From positions 3,598,001-3,662,000 of the forward strand of contig NC_045697.1 of the NCBI RefSeq assembly GCF_009834535.1: a DNA stretch of 64,000 nucleotides. The letters run 5' to 3'. The DNA is from Camelus ferus. Taxonomy: Eukaryota. A program made the position numbers and the translations under genes. This document shows, one piece after another, positions 50,761 through 63,710 of this stretch (positions within the stretch are counted from its first letter, which is position 1; each line of letters opens with the position of its first letter). The notes under the pieces are model-generated. The model saw nothing but the letters and a program-made list of their open reading frames with translations, was not told the DNA's origin and made no database searches.

Positions 50761-50958
50761 CAGCTAAGCCCCGAACAACGTGGGGCTTAGGGGCACCCAC
50801 CCTTTGCACAGTCGACAACCCGCAGATAACTTAGGCACAGCGCTGCACCGCAGCTTCTCCCACCGCAGACCTGTGCCACTGTACTGTTTACCACTGGAGA
50901 AAAGCCACGTATAAGTGGGCCCACGAAGTGCAAACCTGTGTTGTTCAAGGGTCAACTG
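50761..50958. mobile_element. Tigger2a/MER8-like TcMar MITE with both terminal inverted repeats
   Basis: Right TIR gttgttcaagggtcaactg followed by TA. Degenerate left TIR cagctaagccccgaacaac. Internal cgtataagtgggccc and cagtcgacaacccgc. Confidence 0.8.
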
Positions 50959-51039
50959 TATTTCCTTAGTAGAACCTCTCCCTACCAACAGTTACCTGGG
51001 AATCCTATTTGCTGATTTGTCTCTTGTTTTGCATCCTTC

Positions 51040-51360
51040 ATACCAGACTGAAAGCTCTGAGAGGACAGGGACTTGTGTCTGTCTTTTTATTTCTCTGTCC
51101 CAGAGCTCAGGTATGGCCTACAGGAGGAGGCCCACAGTGCACTGTGGGTGGATGGACAGTAGGGTCAGTGGAAAAGTGGATGGATGAATATGTGGATAGG
51201 CAGATGACAGAGAGAGGATGGATGGATGGGTGGATGGGTGGGTGGATGGGTGGATGGATGGGTGAATGGATGGAAGAATGAATGAATGAATGAATGAACA
51301 AAGTTCAAAGAATAGAAGGCAGGAAAGAAGGGAGAGAGGGAGGGAGGGAAGGAGGAAGGA
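51040..51360 (+). repeat. L2 3' end followed by (GGAT)n/(TGAA)n/(GGGA)n simple repeats
   Basis: agactgaaagctctgagaggacagggacttgtgtctg, then ggatggatgggtggatggg ... gaatgaatgaatgaat. Confidence 0.8.
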
Positions 51361-52587
51361 ACATCAGCATCTCCTGCTATTCCTGACAAAGAATAACAAT
51401 GGAGTGCTGTACAGTTTCTAAAGGAAGAAAGAGAAATCAGGAGAGCTTCTTGGAGGAGGTGGCCTTTGAGATACCCCCTGAATGCTGGGTCCAGAATGGC
51501 TGGTTGGAGAGAAGGAAGGTGCAATCAGATGCTGCACTTCTGCTGGGGCTTTTGGAGTTTTCATTATCCCCTTCCCATTGCATTAACACCATTTTTATAA
51601 AGCTAATTTCCTTATACACCTCCACTCCCAAGACCCCTAAATCTTGCTATTTTGTAGACACATAAAACATATTTATCAATATTGTTTGGTTTTCTTCCTG
51701 GAATGGAACGCAAATTGCGTTTTATACATAATGCAAATTCTCCAACCCACACAAATCAAATGAAAAGGACCTTGGGCAGCTGGTTCACCAGTTTCTTTGC
51801 AGTGTCGGGCCACGCTCACAGGGACCCTGGCCGGGCGCAGCCTCCACACCCTCTGTCACCACCAGGTGATGCAGGCCACTTCAGTGGCTATTTCTTCCTT
51901 TTATTATTTCTCACGCCAGCGTCTCAGGCAGTTTGCTGAGGACCCTGATTCCCAATCGACTGTAACTGAATAAGCAACTGCTGCTTCCTTAATAACTGAA
52001 TGTATTAAATGCAGAATATATACAGCTGATCATTCAAGAAACTAATTTGCAAGTCAGAGCTTTTGAAGGATTGTTTAAAGAGAAGATCCACATGTTTCAT
52101 AAATCTGGGAGGTGGAGGAAGGAGGGAGTAATAGCCAGACAGGGTAATAAATTCCCGCCTGCTTGATTTGTGTTCAATAAATACGATCTCACGCCTTGGC
52201 CACGGGGGCCGTGGCAGACCAGCGACACACTGACTCACGAAGCAGCACGGCCTGCCTGGGCCCAAAAGAGGGGTGAAGTGCACTGAGGCGCTCACAGAGC
52301 CTGGTCTGAGCTGCCGGAGCCAGGTCCTTCTTTCGAGAAACCTCTGAATTCCACCATCTGAAATCCTCCACACAGGAATTGCCAGTCCCCACAGCCTTCA
52401 TGAGCTGGACCAAGTACCTGCCTTAAAAACATGTTAGACAGCAGAGCAGGCCACACTCGCCAGTTACGTGAGATCATAAGGGGACGGAGTGTAAGAGAAC
52501 CCCCAGCCGGTGCCAGCACCTGTCACTGTACCTGGGACACAAAGAGGGAGGCGGACAGTGAAGGTAAGTAGGGACTTTACTCTGTAA

Positions 52588-52745
52588 GTCAGCTTTTTCC
52601 AAACTGTGTGTCCTACAGATGTGACAGGTGCCCTGGGGTGGGAGGGAAAACCAAGGTTTCATGATCAAGTAATTTGGGGGACACTCTGTAAAAGTTAATA
52701 CATGGCTTCACTACAGGACTTGTCAGAGCCTTTAAAGGCTGCAGG
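52588..52745 (+). mobile_element. MER103C-like hAT-Charlie fragment
   Basis: tttccaaactgtgt ... atcaagtaatttggg ... cttcactacaggacttgtcagagcctttaa. Confidence 0.65.
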
Positions 52746-55059
52746 GCAAGCTGAGGCTGTGGGACCTTCCCCAGCTCCTCCGCTTCCCTTTCCCCAACAC
52801 TTACTAGAACCTAAACCCAGTGACTTAGAGTTCAGCTCAGGAAACGATGCTGAAGGAAATGGGGAGCCACCCACCAGAGACCCATCCCCTAATCTAAAGA
52901 ATGCTTAGAGCAGAGGTAACGTGGGGCAGGCACTAACCGCCAGCTAAATCCAAGCACACGCGTGCGAAGAGGAAGGCACCCTGAGCTGAGCCAAGACAGG
53001 GAAGCTCCGTCTTCCACCGACCCAGCCAACAGGGGTCTGCAGGCAGGTCTGGGCATCGCGTGGCTGACGTAAGCCAGGGGCCCCTCGTGAGGCCAGACTC
53101 TCTGGAGGGTGGGAGGGGGACAGTCGCTAATCCTGGATCGCTCGATAGATGCAGAAATGAATAGCCAGCCCAGGGCTCCCCTGCTGGACAGGCCACCCTC
53201 TGGCTCAAACAAAAGAGCCCACCTAGGGCCAGGCTGGGCTGGACACTGCTGACACCCCGTCGGGGCCACCCCACGGGCTCCTCTGTGGGATTCCTGGTGT
53301 AACGGGTGCCGCACAAGCTCAGAGGCAGTGACCACACTCAGAGAGCTGGGATCAGGGCTGGGACTGGGGAAGGAAGCGAAGATAGAGGCTGCAGGAGCTC
53401 AGAGGCTGGGCCTGACCCAGGTGTGCAACCAGGGAGGCTTCCTGGAGGCTGCGTAGCGGGCAAAGGTGAGGAAGGTAAAAGATTTTGATCTGAGAGGAGC
53501 CCAGTGCCCAGTTATGGAGACATGAGAGAGGAGTCAGGAATTCCTGAAGCAGGTCCTGTACCCTTCAGCTCCTTGTCAGGTGAGGCAAAGGTGAAGGCTC
53601 TGGGGGTCTGACACTGGGTATCCCCTGTTCCCACCCCAGACCCGAGACAGAGCCTGGCCAGGCACGGGCTCACAGAATCTTCTGGTTTAGCCTCCCACTG
53701 TGCTCCAACCTCAATCCGGGCCCAGGTCCGCTGCCCCCTCACACCCCACCCCTTCACACACCCCAGCCAACCAAGCTGCCTGTCCCTCCCCTAGACTCGC
53801 TTTTGATGTTGCCTCAGCAGGGAATGCAATTCCAAGCATCTTAAGCCTTCAAGGCCTTGCTAAAATGCCACTTTTTCCAGGAAGCCTTCCTGGTTGTGGC
53901 CTCCCCACCGCCCTGTCCCCTCACTTGGAACTGGAGCAAGCTCCCTTTCTCTCACTGTGCCTCTTGTTGCGGGGGGCAGAATGCGTTCCCGCCTCGTTTA
54001 GGGTTACTATGCCGGTGCGTCACCTCCAGGACAGCCAGTGAGCATTCAGGGAAGTCATTTTAGTTCCCATCCACCCATTCATTCACTCATTCACGCTCTT
54101 CACAAACACCTGCTGAGGACCCTCTGATGCTGGGGACACAGTGGTGAAGGCCTGGCAGGCACGTGGTGACACGCTTTTCCTCACATTGCCCCCTCCATCC
54201 TCACGGCATCCCTCGGAGGGCAGCCACATGGAGGGGAAGGGCCAGGGCTGGGAGGTCCTGGGGCACCCAGAGAAGCAGCCCCTCTCCCCGATGCTTACCC
54301 ATCGCCCTGACACTCTCAGAGAAAAGATAAATTCCTGCATCTGGGCTCTCTGTGTGCTGAGTCTTGGAGGGGACAGGCAGGAGGTGTGCCATCTACCCTC
54401 CACTCATCCCCCTGGGCCTTCCAGGGCCAGAAGAGGGGCAGTAGGGGTGGGCAGGAGGTAGCAGCAGCAGTGGGCACAGCTGAGGGCCCTTCTGCCTTTC
54501 CCCCAAATACCCTCCTACCCCTGCCAGCTCCAGCCTGAGCATCAGGGGAAACCCTTGTCCCGCCCTGCAGGCTGGGAGGCCCAACGGTGGACACTCAGGC
54601 CTCAGAGTCAGCCCGACACAGGAGCAGATCTCTGCTCCGTCCCTAGTGGTACAGAGAGCTGGGTGTTCCTCTCTGAGTCTTGGGTCCTCATCTGCAAAAT
54701 GGGGAAGATGCCATGAACCCACAGGGGGTGAAGAGTACGTGAGATGATGACTAGGGGAGAACCAGGAATCACGAGACAGCTGGGCACACAACCGCCTCCT
54801 GGACGCTGCGGGGCTAAGCCTCCACCCGAAGAACGGACAGGCCTGGGCAGGTCGCGGGGGGCAGAAGGGGTTCCGGGAGGGGTGGCACCAAGGCTGCTGC
54901 TGAGGCATCTGGGGACAGCTCCTGTCTCCCTGGGCAGGTCCGCTGCCTTGATGGAGAAGCACACAACACAGTATCCGCCCCCGAGCTCCTCCCATGGGCT
55001 GCGAGCTGGGAATACAAGCCCTCCAAACCCCCACAGCCCCCCACCATCAGCATAAACGT

Positions 55060-55215
55060 GGGCCCAGAGGACGGCAGCCTGGGTTCAAATCCCCCGGTAG
55101 GTAGCCTGACTGCCCAGACTTCAGTGCCCACTTCTACAAGACGGGTGATGATGGTGCTTCGCACCAGGAAGAGATGTCGGGAAGGCTGAACGAGGTGACC
55201 CGTCTGTGCCAGCGG
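55060..55215 (+). mobile_element. MIR SINE
   Basis: gcctgggttcaaatccc ... cttcagtgcccacttctacaagacgggtgatgatggt. Confidence 0.65.
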
Positions 55216-56344
55216 GGTCTGTGTAGGAAACCGCAGGCCCATCCCAGGTTAGCGGCAGAGGGTCTGAAGCAGGAGGGTCCACGGAGGTGTGGGTGACACC
55301 AAGGCAAACAGCAGGGGCTAGTGAAGTGCCCCGAGCCCACAGGCGGACACCTCCCCACCCAGCACGGAAGGAGAAAGACGCCGAGCAGGCGACAAGGGGG
55401 CCCAGGTGTGCAAGTGTAGCCCCCCCCACCACCACCACCACAACCACCAGGCACAGAGCAGGACGGGGAAGGGGAAGTGGGTCCGGGGTGGGGGGAGTGA
55501 CCCACACAGTGTAGGGTCCTCCAACGTGTCCACTTCTCTTACTGTCACCTCCTTTTGCAGTGACACCCTGAAGCGCAGGGATGTTAAGAGACTTGTCCGC
55601 AGACACGCTCCTTCGTGGGCAGCAGAGCAGCAGGATGCCAGCCCAGGCCCGGCTCTTTGGACAGCACCGAGCAAACCAGCCCGCCCCCCTCTTCCGGATG
55701 AGGGCTCTTCCTGGGAGCACCCCGGGCCAGGGCGTGCGGCCTCCCCTCCGGATTCATCCCGCAGGCCTGGGTGTGAGGGAGGAGGGGCTCGCACCTCTGC
55801 CTGAAAATGGCACTTCTGTCCCGTGGCCAGCTGCCCGCCTCCAGGAGGGAGAGGGCCAGCGATCTGCACCTTCTAATAATATCCTCGCCCTCTCCTGCCC
55901 CGTGGCCCCAGATGTTAAAATATCAAAACCTGCTCTGTTCGAGGAGGACTGAGAAATTCCCACTGAGTTTCTCAAATCACCAGCAAATGCCCCAGAGCCA
56001 CACATTAATGACAACACCGTGTGACGGGTGACAGACCCAGGCTGTCTCCATGGCAGCCCTGACGCCCACGTCCGCGGGCGCTGCAATGAGAGGCCGGGGC
56101 TGGCGCCTGCGCCCTGCCTGTTGTCACCAAGTGACAGCGTGAAATGCAGGCAACATTTGGGGAGCAGCACAGGGAGATCCCCGGGCCGGGGGCACGCAGC
56201 TGGGGCAGGGCCCCTCGGGCACCTCCGTGGCCTCTCCCCGCACCTCCCTCCCCTGCCCCACTGCACGTGGAGAGCCTTGAAGCATCTGCCCACAGCAACT
56301 CAGAGGCCTCAGTGCTCCCTGCAGGAAAGGCCCCAACTACACCC

Positions 56345-56535
56345 TCCAGAACCAGACGGCCCAGGTCCAAAGCTCAGCTCTGCCACTTGCTGGCTGTGCG
56401 ACTTGAGGCAAGAGGCTCAACCTTTCTGTGCCTTGGTTTCCCCCTCTGTCCAATGGACACAATCATCATAGCACATGTCCCACAGAGGAGGTGTGAGGAT
56501 GAAGTGAGTCAGTTCACCGTAAGGCCCTGAACACC
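56345..56535 (+). mobile_element. MIR SINE
   Basis: cagctctgccacttgctggctgtgcgacttgaggcaag..aacctttctgtgccttggtttccccctctgt..gtgaggatgaagtgag. Confidence 0.85.
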
Positions 56536-56690
56536 ATCAGCATCCAACCACCTGAGCAGCCTGCATCACCTGCCCCTCTAAGCTGCCTACTACTGCAAGC
56601 AGAGTCTGCTAGAAAGACTCAGTGGCAGGCACCTTAGAGAGACAGTCTCTTGGCCGAGACGAGAGGCCAGACTGCGGAGCGTCCTTCCCG

Positions 56691-56845
56691 AACAGTTCTC
56701 TTCGACTTTGGCACCACTGACACTTTGATCCGGATAAATCTGTTGCTGGTGCACCGTGTTGGATGTTTGGCAGCACCCTGGTCCCTCCCCACCAGATGCC
56801 AGAGGCACTCCCAGCCAGTGGTGACAACCGGAAACTGCCCCCAAC
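56691..56845 (-). mobile_element. MER20 hAT DNA transposon fossil
   Basis: ttggcaccactgacactttg..ggataa ... ggatgtttggcagcaccctgg..ccaccagatgccag..gtgacaacc is the MER20 reverse strand. Confidence 0.85.
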
Positions 56846-57084
56846 TGAGAAGTCCTCCCTGATCCAGATGGAGGAGGGACTCCTGTGTCTGCATCTGGGG
56901 GAGAGAGGGAGCGAGAAATCTGCCAGGAGCCCCGTCTCCTTTCTCAAAAGCCAAGTTCAAATCCTATGACTGTCCTCGGGCTGGTTCCGCAGTGGGGCTG
57001 AGAGGGGCTCTGTACACAGAGGGGGCATTGCTTTGCCCCTGGACCAAGCATGGAAACCGACTGATTGGGGGTGATTTGTTTTAA

Positions 57085-57810
57085 ACAAATTTTTTACATT
57101 AGAATGTTTCAGAGTTACAGGAAAGTTGCAGAAATAGTACACTAGAAGCTGACACAACTGTAAATCAACTACACTTCAGTTAAAGAAAAACCATCAGTAC
57201 AGAGAAGTCCCGAATACCCCACAGCCAGCTTCCCCTGTCGTTAACATTCCACGTTCTTTCGGTGCACTTGTCACAGCTAATGAGGCCAGACTGATACATT
57301 ATTATTAACAGAAGCCCACACTTCATTCAGATTTCTTCAGTTTTTACTGAATGCCCCTCTTCTGTCCCAGGATCCCACCCAGGACACCAGGTGACACTGG
57401 TCATCACGTCTCCTCTGCCCCCCCTGGGCTGTGACCGTCTCTCAGACTCTCCTTGGATTTCACGACCTCGGCAGTTTGGAGACGCGCTGGTGGAAAGTTT
57501 CGTAGACTGTCCTCAGTCAGGGTTCGCTGGATGTTGTCTCTGGATGGGACAGGGGTTGAGGGTTTGGGGAGGAGGAGCATAGAGGGGAGGTCCCATCACG
57601 TCGGGGGCACCTGCTGTGACGTGCCACTGTGACATTGACTTGACCCCCGGCCAAGGTTGTGTTGGCCAGGATTCTCCACGTCCAGCTCCTCTCGTCCCCT
57701 GGCGCCGTCCTCTTTGGGAGGAAGTCACCGTGCACAGCCCACCCCTGATGGCTGGGGAGGCAGGCACCCCTCCTGGAGGGCGGGGTCCACAAATGATCAA
57801 GATTCTGCTT
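57085..57810 (-). mobile_element. L1MC1-like L1 3' UTR fragment
   Basis: ttacaggaaagttgca..atagtac, gatacattattattaac, ccaggatcccacccaggacacc, ctttgggaggaagtcaccgtgcacagcccac. Confidence 0.85.
57141..57190 (+). mobile_element. Extremely 5'-truncated younger L1 tail nested in the L1MC1-like element
   Basis: actagaagctgacacaactgtaaatcaactacacttcagttaaagaaaaa interrupts the host consensus ATAGTAC|AGAGA, with AGTAC on both sides. Confidence 0.7.
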
Positions 57811-59227
57811 GTCTCCTCCCTGGTCTGGATGTTTCTTAAGTTGAACCTCACAGGATGACCAGCCCAGCTGAGCACCAACCCCTGAAGCCCCAGACCAATT
57901 ACCTGAGACTTCTGACGAGGACAGAGGTCACTGTGGCTGTCCTCTGCCGCTGACAGCCACACAAGGAAGATGTCAGTACACAACCTTCAGCTGGACATCA
58001 TGGCCCCCAGTCGTGGTCCCAGCTCCACCAGTCCACTCTGACCCCGACTCGCCACCACCCCACCCCGCTCTGGCCAGGCTGACCTCCCTGCCCTTCCCCC
58101 ATGAGACCCCCACTTCTCCTCACTGTGTTTCTGCCCCTCCCAGTCCTCCCCCCTCTCCCACCACCCCTACAGGTCCCATCCCCTTTTCTGCAAGATCCAG
58201 CTATTTCTGGGAGGAGCTGTGGACCCTGCTGAGGACAAGACAGCCTGGTGTCACAGCTCAGTGTAAACTGAACATGTCATTTCCAAGGGGTGGAGGAAGG
58301 CAGGGTGCGGCCGTGGATTCAGGGTGGAATCTTTGCACCCAGGTCCCTCCTCCCTGCAAGGCCTGAGTGTCTGCAGCAAATCTCAGTGGGGAGGACTCCT
58401 GGGGACAAGGGACTTGGATGTGGGGATGGTAACAGGCTGCTCAGGAAAAGTTCACAGGTAGGGAAGACCAGAGGAGTTACTATTTAAATGCTTAATGGTT
58501 GTCATGACTCCCCAGGTCTTCCAGATGCCTCCTGGCTGGGAGAAACCGGGGCCATGGGGGTCTGAGACCAGCTGGGGGAGGCGGGGCCTGAATCCAAGCC
58601 GTGCCGGGGCTCCAAGCTGGGGTCTCCATCCAGAAGGCCGGTGCTGAATTGGGACCAGCCACGCGGCCTCCTGGGGCTCCATCTGGGCAGCAGAGATAAT
58701 GCCGTGGGGCCCAGTGCTCTGCTGGGGGTTTCATTTGACTGTTTCAAATATTTCAAAACGAAATGCAGCAACTCTCAGCTTGCCACCCCGAGGACCCAGG
58801 CCTGCTGGAGATTTCTATCTCTGATCATTTTGAGAACACTCACTACTTGGAGCTTAGCTGGGGGAAACACTGACGCCTGCAGTGGCCCGTTTGTGCCTAT
58901 TACCCCGGTACAATGAGAAAGGCCCACCCACACAGAACACTGGCAAAAGAGGGTGAGGAACACCCTCCTGACCCAGTGCCCCAGAGGGGACATCTTACTC
59001 CAGGTATGCGCACACCTGAGCCCCGCCTGCCCCATCCAGGCCCTGCCTGCTCCACGTCTGCATCTATCCCTCCCTCCCAGCCATACCCGGCTCTCAGCTC
59101 CTTGAGCTCCCCTGAGTCACCCACCGCAGGGCCTTTGCTCGAGCAGCACACTCTGCCTGGAAGGCCCTTGCCCCTCCCGCCCTCCAGCCTCAGGCCTCAC
59201 CTGGCCAGCCCGCTACCTTCTCCAGAG

Positions 59228-59419
59228 CAGTGGGACTCAAACTCCAGGAGTGCCAGCACCCCCTCCCCTGAGACGGCAAGAAAACACTGTGCTGGGCCTG
59301 ACCCCGGAGTTTCTGATTCAGCGAGTCTGGGGCGGGGCCTGAGAATCTGTGTTTCCAGCAGACCCCAGGTGAGGCAGATGCTGCTGCTGGTCCAGGGAAC
59401 CCAACTTTGAGAACCACTG
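59228..59419 (-). mobile_element. MER5A hAT MITE, full length
   Basis: TIRs cagtgggactcaaa / tttgagaaccactg. Internal gagtttctgattcag..gtctggggcggggcctgagaatctgtgttt. Confidence 0.9.
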
Positions 59420-59659
59420 TCTTAGAATGCTTTCCCCACCCTCTCTCAATCTCTGACCATAACAGAGGAAGCTCCGAGATGGGGTTTGGGGTCCACGCAC
59501 CCCTCCACTCTGCCAGGCCACGAACGTAACTCCTCAGTTACCCCAGAGCACTGAGCAGCCTGGGCTGCATCTGTCTTGTCACCGCTAGTTGCCCCAGGAC
59601 TGGCCCCAGTCCCAGACATCAGGGGTCAGCTCATACCCGCAGAGTGGAGCAGATACTGT

Positions 59660-59885
59660 GACAGAAGGTCTCAGAGTATGTTCCATGAGCGGGAACTGGG
59701 GGTGACTGGAAAAGTGTCCTCCCATCACGTAAGTCTGGGAGACAGAGGGTTAGCTTCTGCTTCTTTACAGGACTTGTCAGGGCCTTTGATGGCCCATAGA
59801 CAAGGCAAATCTTGAAGGGGCCACCGAATGCAAACCCTCCACTTGCACGACTGAGGATCTTTTTTTTCACAGAGCAACTCCCATC
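59660..59885 (+). mobile_element. MER103C-like fragment (second, more diverged copy)
   Basis: cttctttacaggacttgtcagggccttt ... ttttttttcacagagca. Confidence 0.5.
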
Positions 59886-60949
59886 CCAAGGAGCCTGTTG
59901 TTTAGAAGGGCTAACAGCACTCACTCACTCACACACACACAATTTTACATACATGGGACCAAACCCAGCCAGCGTCCAGGCACCAGCTCCTCTCGAGGCC
60001 CGCTCCCCAGGCACAGAGACACGCACTGCATCGGTGGCTACAGAGACTTCATTTCTTTAACCAATCCCCAGCAGGCAACCGTTCGGGTCCTTAACAACTT
60101 TTCACCATTATAACCAATGATAAGAGGCACTTTCTTGTATCTATACATCTGGTCACTTGCCCAAGTGTGTGCTGCTTTGAAGAACTTCAGGACACGGAAA
60201 AGTTCTATCCCAGGATGTGCAGTGGGTCTGGACACAAACAACAGAACCTGTGTGCCTTGGAGTCATGGGTTCATCCCTGGGCCTCGCTGGGTCCCTGGAC
60301 TCCGACACTGTACGCAGAGCTGCAGGGGGCAGCCTCGCTTTCAGAGAATTCTCCGGGGACTGTGGGGCCCCCAACAAGGAAGCCTCACCCCATGGTCTGT
60401 CCCCCTCACGTCCCAGTCATACTTCTATCCGGCCACCGTCCAGCCAGCCTGGCCAGACAACAGGGACAGATGACAACATCTCAGAGGAAACTGTCCTTCC
60501 CCAGGGGCAGGAGCCCCCACCCTCCTGTCCCTGCTGCTGGGCGTCTGGTGGGACCCCTCCCAGGAAAGCATCTTGGGCAGCAGCCCCTGTCACTCACTTC
60601 ATCTCTGAAGGGCCCCCTGCGCCTGGGTAAGATCTTTCCTGGCTCCTCCTCCTCTTCCACCTGCTGTGATGAACTAGCCCGATTCCATTCCCTCAGCGAC
60701 CTGCCGTGGAAGGAGCCAGAGACGGGATCTCACAGATGTATTTAGGACTTAAGAATGGAGCTCTTAGCAGAGCGTGGCCTCCAGGCCCCAAGTCTGTGAC
60801 AACCTGGCAATGGGCTAATTTGCACACATACCCCAATCCCTCCCCATTGCACAGATGGGGAAACTGAGGTCTGAAGATTTCCTCCTTGCCGACCTAACCC
60901 AGTCCTGTCCTGGGAGGCAACATGCTCAGCTGAGATACCGGCCTCCCCA

Positions 60950-61330
60950 GACCCCATGGCTCTGGGAGAGGCTATGTGACCAAGTAGTGACCCACAAGAC
61001 AGACACCAAAGTCACTGGGGGGGCTTCTGGGATAGTTTTTTGAGAGGCTAGGCTCTCTGGAAGTTTCCCTTCCCTCCTAACCTCCTTATTCACTTCCTGC
61101 TTGGAATATAAACATGATGCCTGAAGGTGTGGCAGCCACTCTGTAAACCAAGGATGAAGCCATATGTTGAGGAGAGCAGGGCAGGAAGGCAGAAGGGGCC
61201 TGGGATGGAAGCCTCCCCCTCAGCACTAGCTGGCTCACCCTAGACATTTTCCAGCGTGGGACACATATACCCCTAAACAATTAAACCACCAGTGGCCAAT
61301 AGCTCCCCACAGCAAGGGGCTGAACTGAAT
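60950..61330 (+). mobile_element. Old MaLR LTR (MLT1J/K-like)
   Basis: atgtgacc ... ggcttctggga ... cttcctgcttggaat..catgatgcctgaaggtgtggcagcca ... ttaaaccac. Confidence 0.6.
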
Positions 61331-63024
61331 TCCAATCAGATGGACCAGAGCCAACTGGAAACTGATGCCAAAGGGACCAAGAGAGCTTTGAAGGACACTG
61401 ACGTCAGGGAGAGAGGTAACATTCTGGGACACCCTGCCACGCCCCAGACACCAATCTAAATTATTTCTTCACAACTAGCCAATCAGGGCACCACCGGACA
61501 GTATCCTAGCCAACTCTAGAAAGGAACGCTGAGGCTTAGGGAGGAGATCTCTCCCACCCGGAGCCACAGATGCTGTGAAAATACCAGAGCAAATTCAGCA
61601 TTCTGGGCATCTTGTTTCAAATCTTTCCCCCCTTACTGCATTTATAATCGCCCTCAGCCCGAGAACAGCATGCTACAGCTCACGGGGAGGCCTCCTGCAC
61701 ACCGACAACTGGAGAAGGCAAAATGTAGCCTTCGGCCCCCAGCCCATCCTCCATGCTGTCAATACAGGTGTGCACACTTCTTTAAAAAAAAAAAAAAAAA
61801 CTCTCCTGTTTGTTCAATTCCCTAGAAAATTTTATGATGACTCCTCACAAAACAAGTTCTTCCAGAATTCATCCCTTCACTCAGCAGAGCCCAGAGGCAG
61901 AGCAAGAGAAAAGGACAGAGCTCAGAAGACACTGTCTGAGCCCCTGGATAGAGCCACACTTGAAGCTAGATCTACCCCCAGAATTTTCCATCATGCAATG
62001 CTGTATATACTTCTTTTTCCTTTTTTTTTCCCCATAGGTTAAACTGGGCATCTGTCATCTGCAAATAAAAGATATTACCCTAATGCATCCACTTTAGACA
62101 TGAAGAGACTGAGGTCCAAAGAACTCTGTCTTAGCCTGAGTCATTCAGCTTCTTGGTAGCAGAGCAGGGACGAGGATTCTGCTCTAACTCCCGCCCAGCA
62201 TCCTCGCCATGTTCCACCTTGCCTGGGGCTGCTGCCCTCAGCCGACTGGCCAGCGCCCGGCACCACGGCAGCGCAGGCACGACTATTTTAAAAGGCTGAG
62301 TTCCTTTTGCCTTCAGTGAAAGCCTGAGTTTCTCTTATTAGGTGGCAAAGCAAAAGGGAACCCGCTGTTCTTGGCAGACACACATGGACTTCTAAACAGC
62401 CCCAACCGCGGCTGCAACAGCCCCGCGCGCCCAGATGTTTCCCAGCCTCTTTGCACCCTGGCATCTCCCGCTCCTCAAATACGCGAAAGGCCTCAGGCTG
62501 GTTGCATCCACCCTGTCCTTATCTCACACGCAAACCTCCTCGGCACCTGCCTCTCGGCCGGGGAGACCTGCAGAACGCCAGGAGACGTGTAGAAGATAAT
62601 CGCTCCCAGGATCCAAAGATGCGTCTCGCGGACACAAGTCCTGGGAAGTCTCCACGGAAACACACAAAAACGCATCCTGTTTTTATTAGTACTCAAGACG
62701 AACTGTCTCTGGAATAAGCCGCTCGTTTTAAACCACACCAGAAGAGCCAGTGTGTTTCTTGTTAAAGAGAATATGTGGGGTTTTTTTAATTACGGATGGA
62801 GCAGCCAACAGAAAAGAAATCTTCAGAGTCCAGGAGGCCCAGGTGATGCAATCATGGCTGGGCTGAAGCGGACTGTCACCCTCCTTGTGCAAGACTCGTT
62901 CTTGCCTCAGCCCGCTGAGGGCAGAGTCCTGCATGTGGGGACGCTGGTTGATGAATCCAGCTCTTACTGGGGAAGAGGAATCTGCAGTGTCTTCTTTGCT
63001 GTTGTTCACACACATCCGTACTGT

Positions 63025-63200
63025 GGTGCGGAGGGAACCTGGCTTCGAATTTGGCCCCTCCACGTACCCCCGAAGGCCTTGAGCAGGTAGGTTACTTCCC
63101 CTCCACCTTTACCTTCTCAGCTGTAAAATGGGCATCTAATAATACCGAACTCCTAGGAAACTGAGGCTGAAAAGCCTTTGATGAGTATCTGGCCCAGAGT
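63025..63200 (+). mobile_element. MIR SINE
   Basis: cctggcttcgaatttggccc..ccttgagcagg..ttctcagctgtaaaatgggcatctaataatacc. Confidence 0.7.
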
Positions 63201-63249
63201 GCACTCTCGCAGATGGTGGCTGTGTAAGGATAAAGAAGGCCACGAGTGC

Positions 63250-63710
63250 TCTGACGCTGCTCCCATCGAGAGGTGAAACCCACAGCCCCTCCCCTTGAAC
63301 CTGGAACAGCTCTGTAGCTTCCCCAGCCATCGAAAACAGCAGAAGGGACACACGACGGCTTCCACCCTTTTGCCTTTTGGAATGCTGGTTCTTGGGGCCA
63401 CCATGATGGGAGGGAGCCCAGACCCATGAAGGGGCCACACGGGGAGAGGGCGACACCAGCCAGCCCCGAGCCGGCCCAGCCGTTCCAGCGCAGGCACCCA
63501 AAACAGGAGTGAGGACGCCGTCGTGGACGTCCAGCCCGGTAGAGCCTTCAGGTGACTCCAGCCCCACCACCAGATAACCACAGCCAAGCGGAACCCGTGC
63601 AGATGGGGCCAGTCAACCATATAACTGTAATAACAGGTGACAGTTTTAAGCCACTGAGATTTGGGGCTGTTTGTTTCTAAAGCGTCATCTAGACATCCTG
63701 ACTGATAAAA
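63250..63710 (+). mobile_element. MaLR LTR (MLT1F-H-like)
   Basis: gagtgaggacgcc..ggacgtccagccc..gagccttcaggtgactccagcccc ... ttttaagccactgagatttggggctgtttgtt. Confidence 0.7.

Noticed and set aside
26840..53460. Recurrent motif gggaaggcttcctggaggagg at many positions, superficially an array
   Set aside because: It is a common L2-derived motif at irregular kb-scale spacing, not a CRISPR or regular array.
52720..59790. Shared tacaggacttgtcag.gccttt near 52730 and 59770
   Set aside because: It is explained by two MER103C-like fossils rather than a local duplication.
28370..61800. Poly(A) runs at about 28375, 35543 and 61783 as retrocopy or SINE tails
   Set aside because: No upstream SINE body, ORF or target-site duplication is recognisable.
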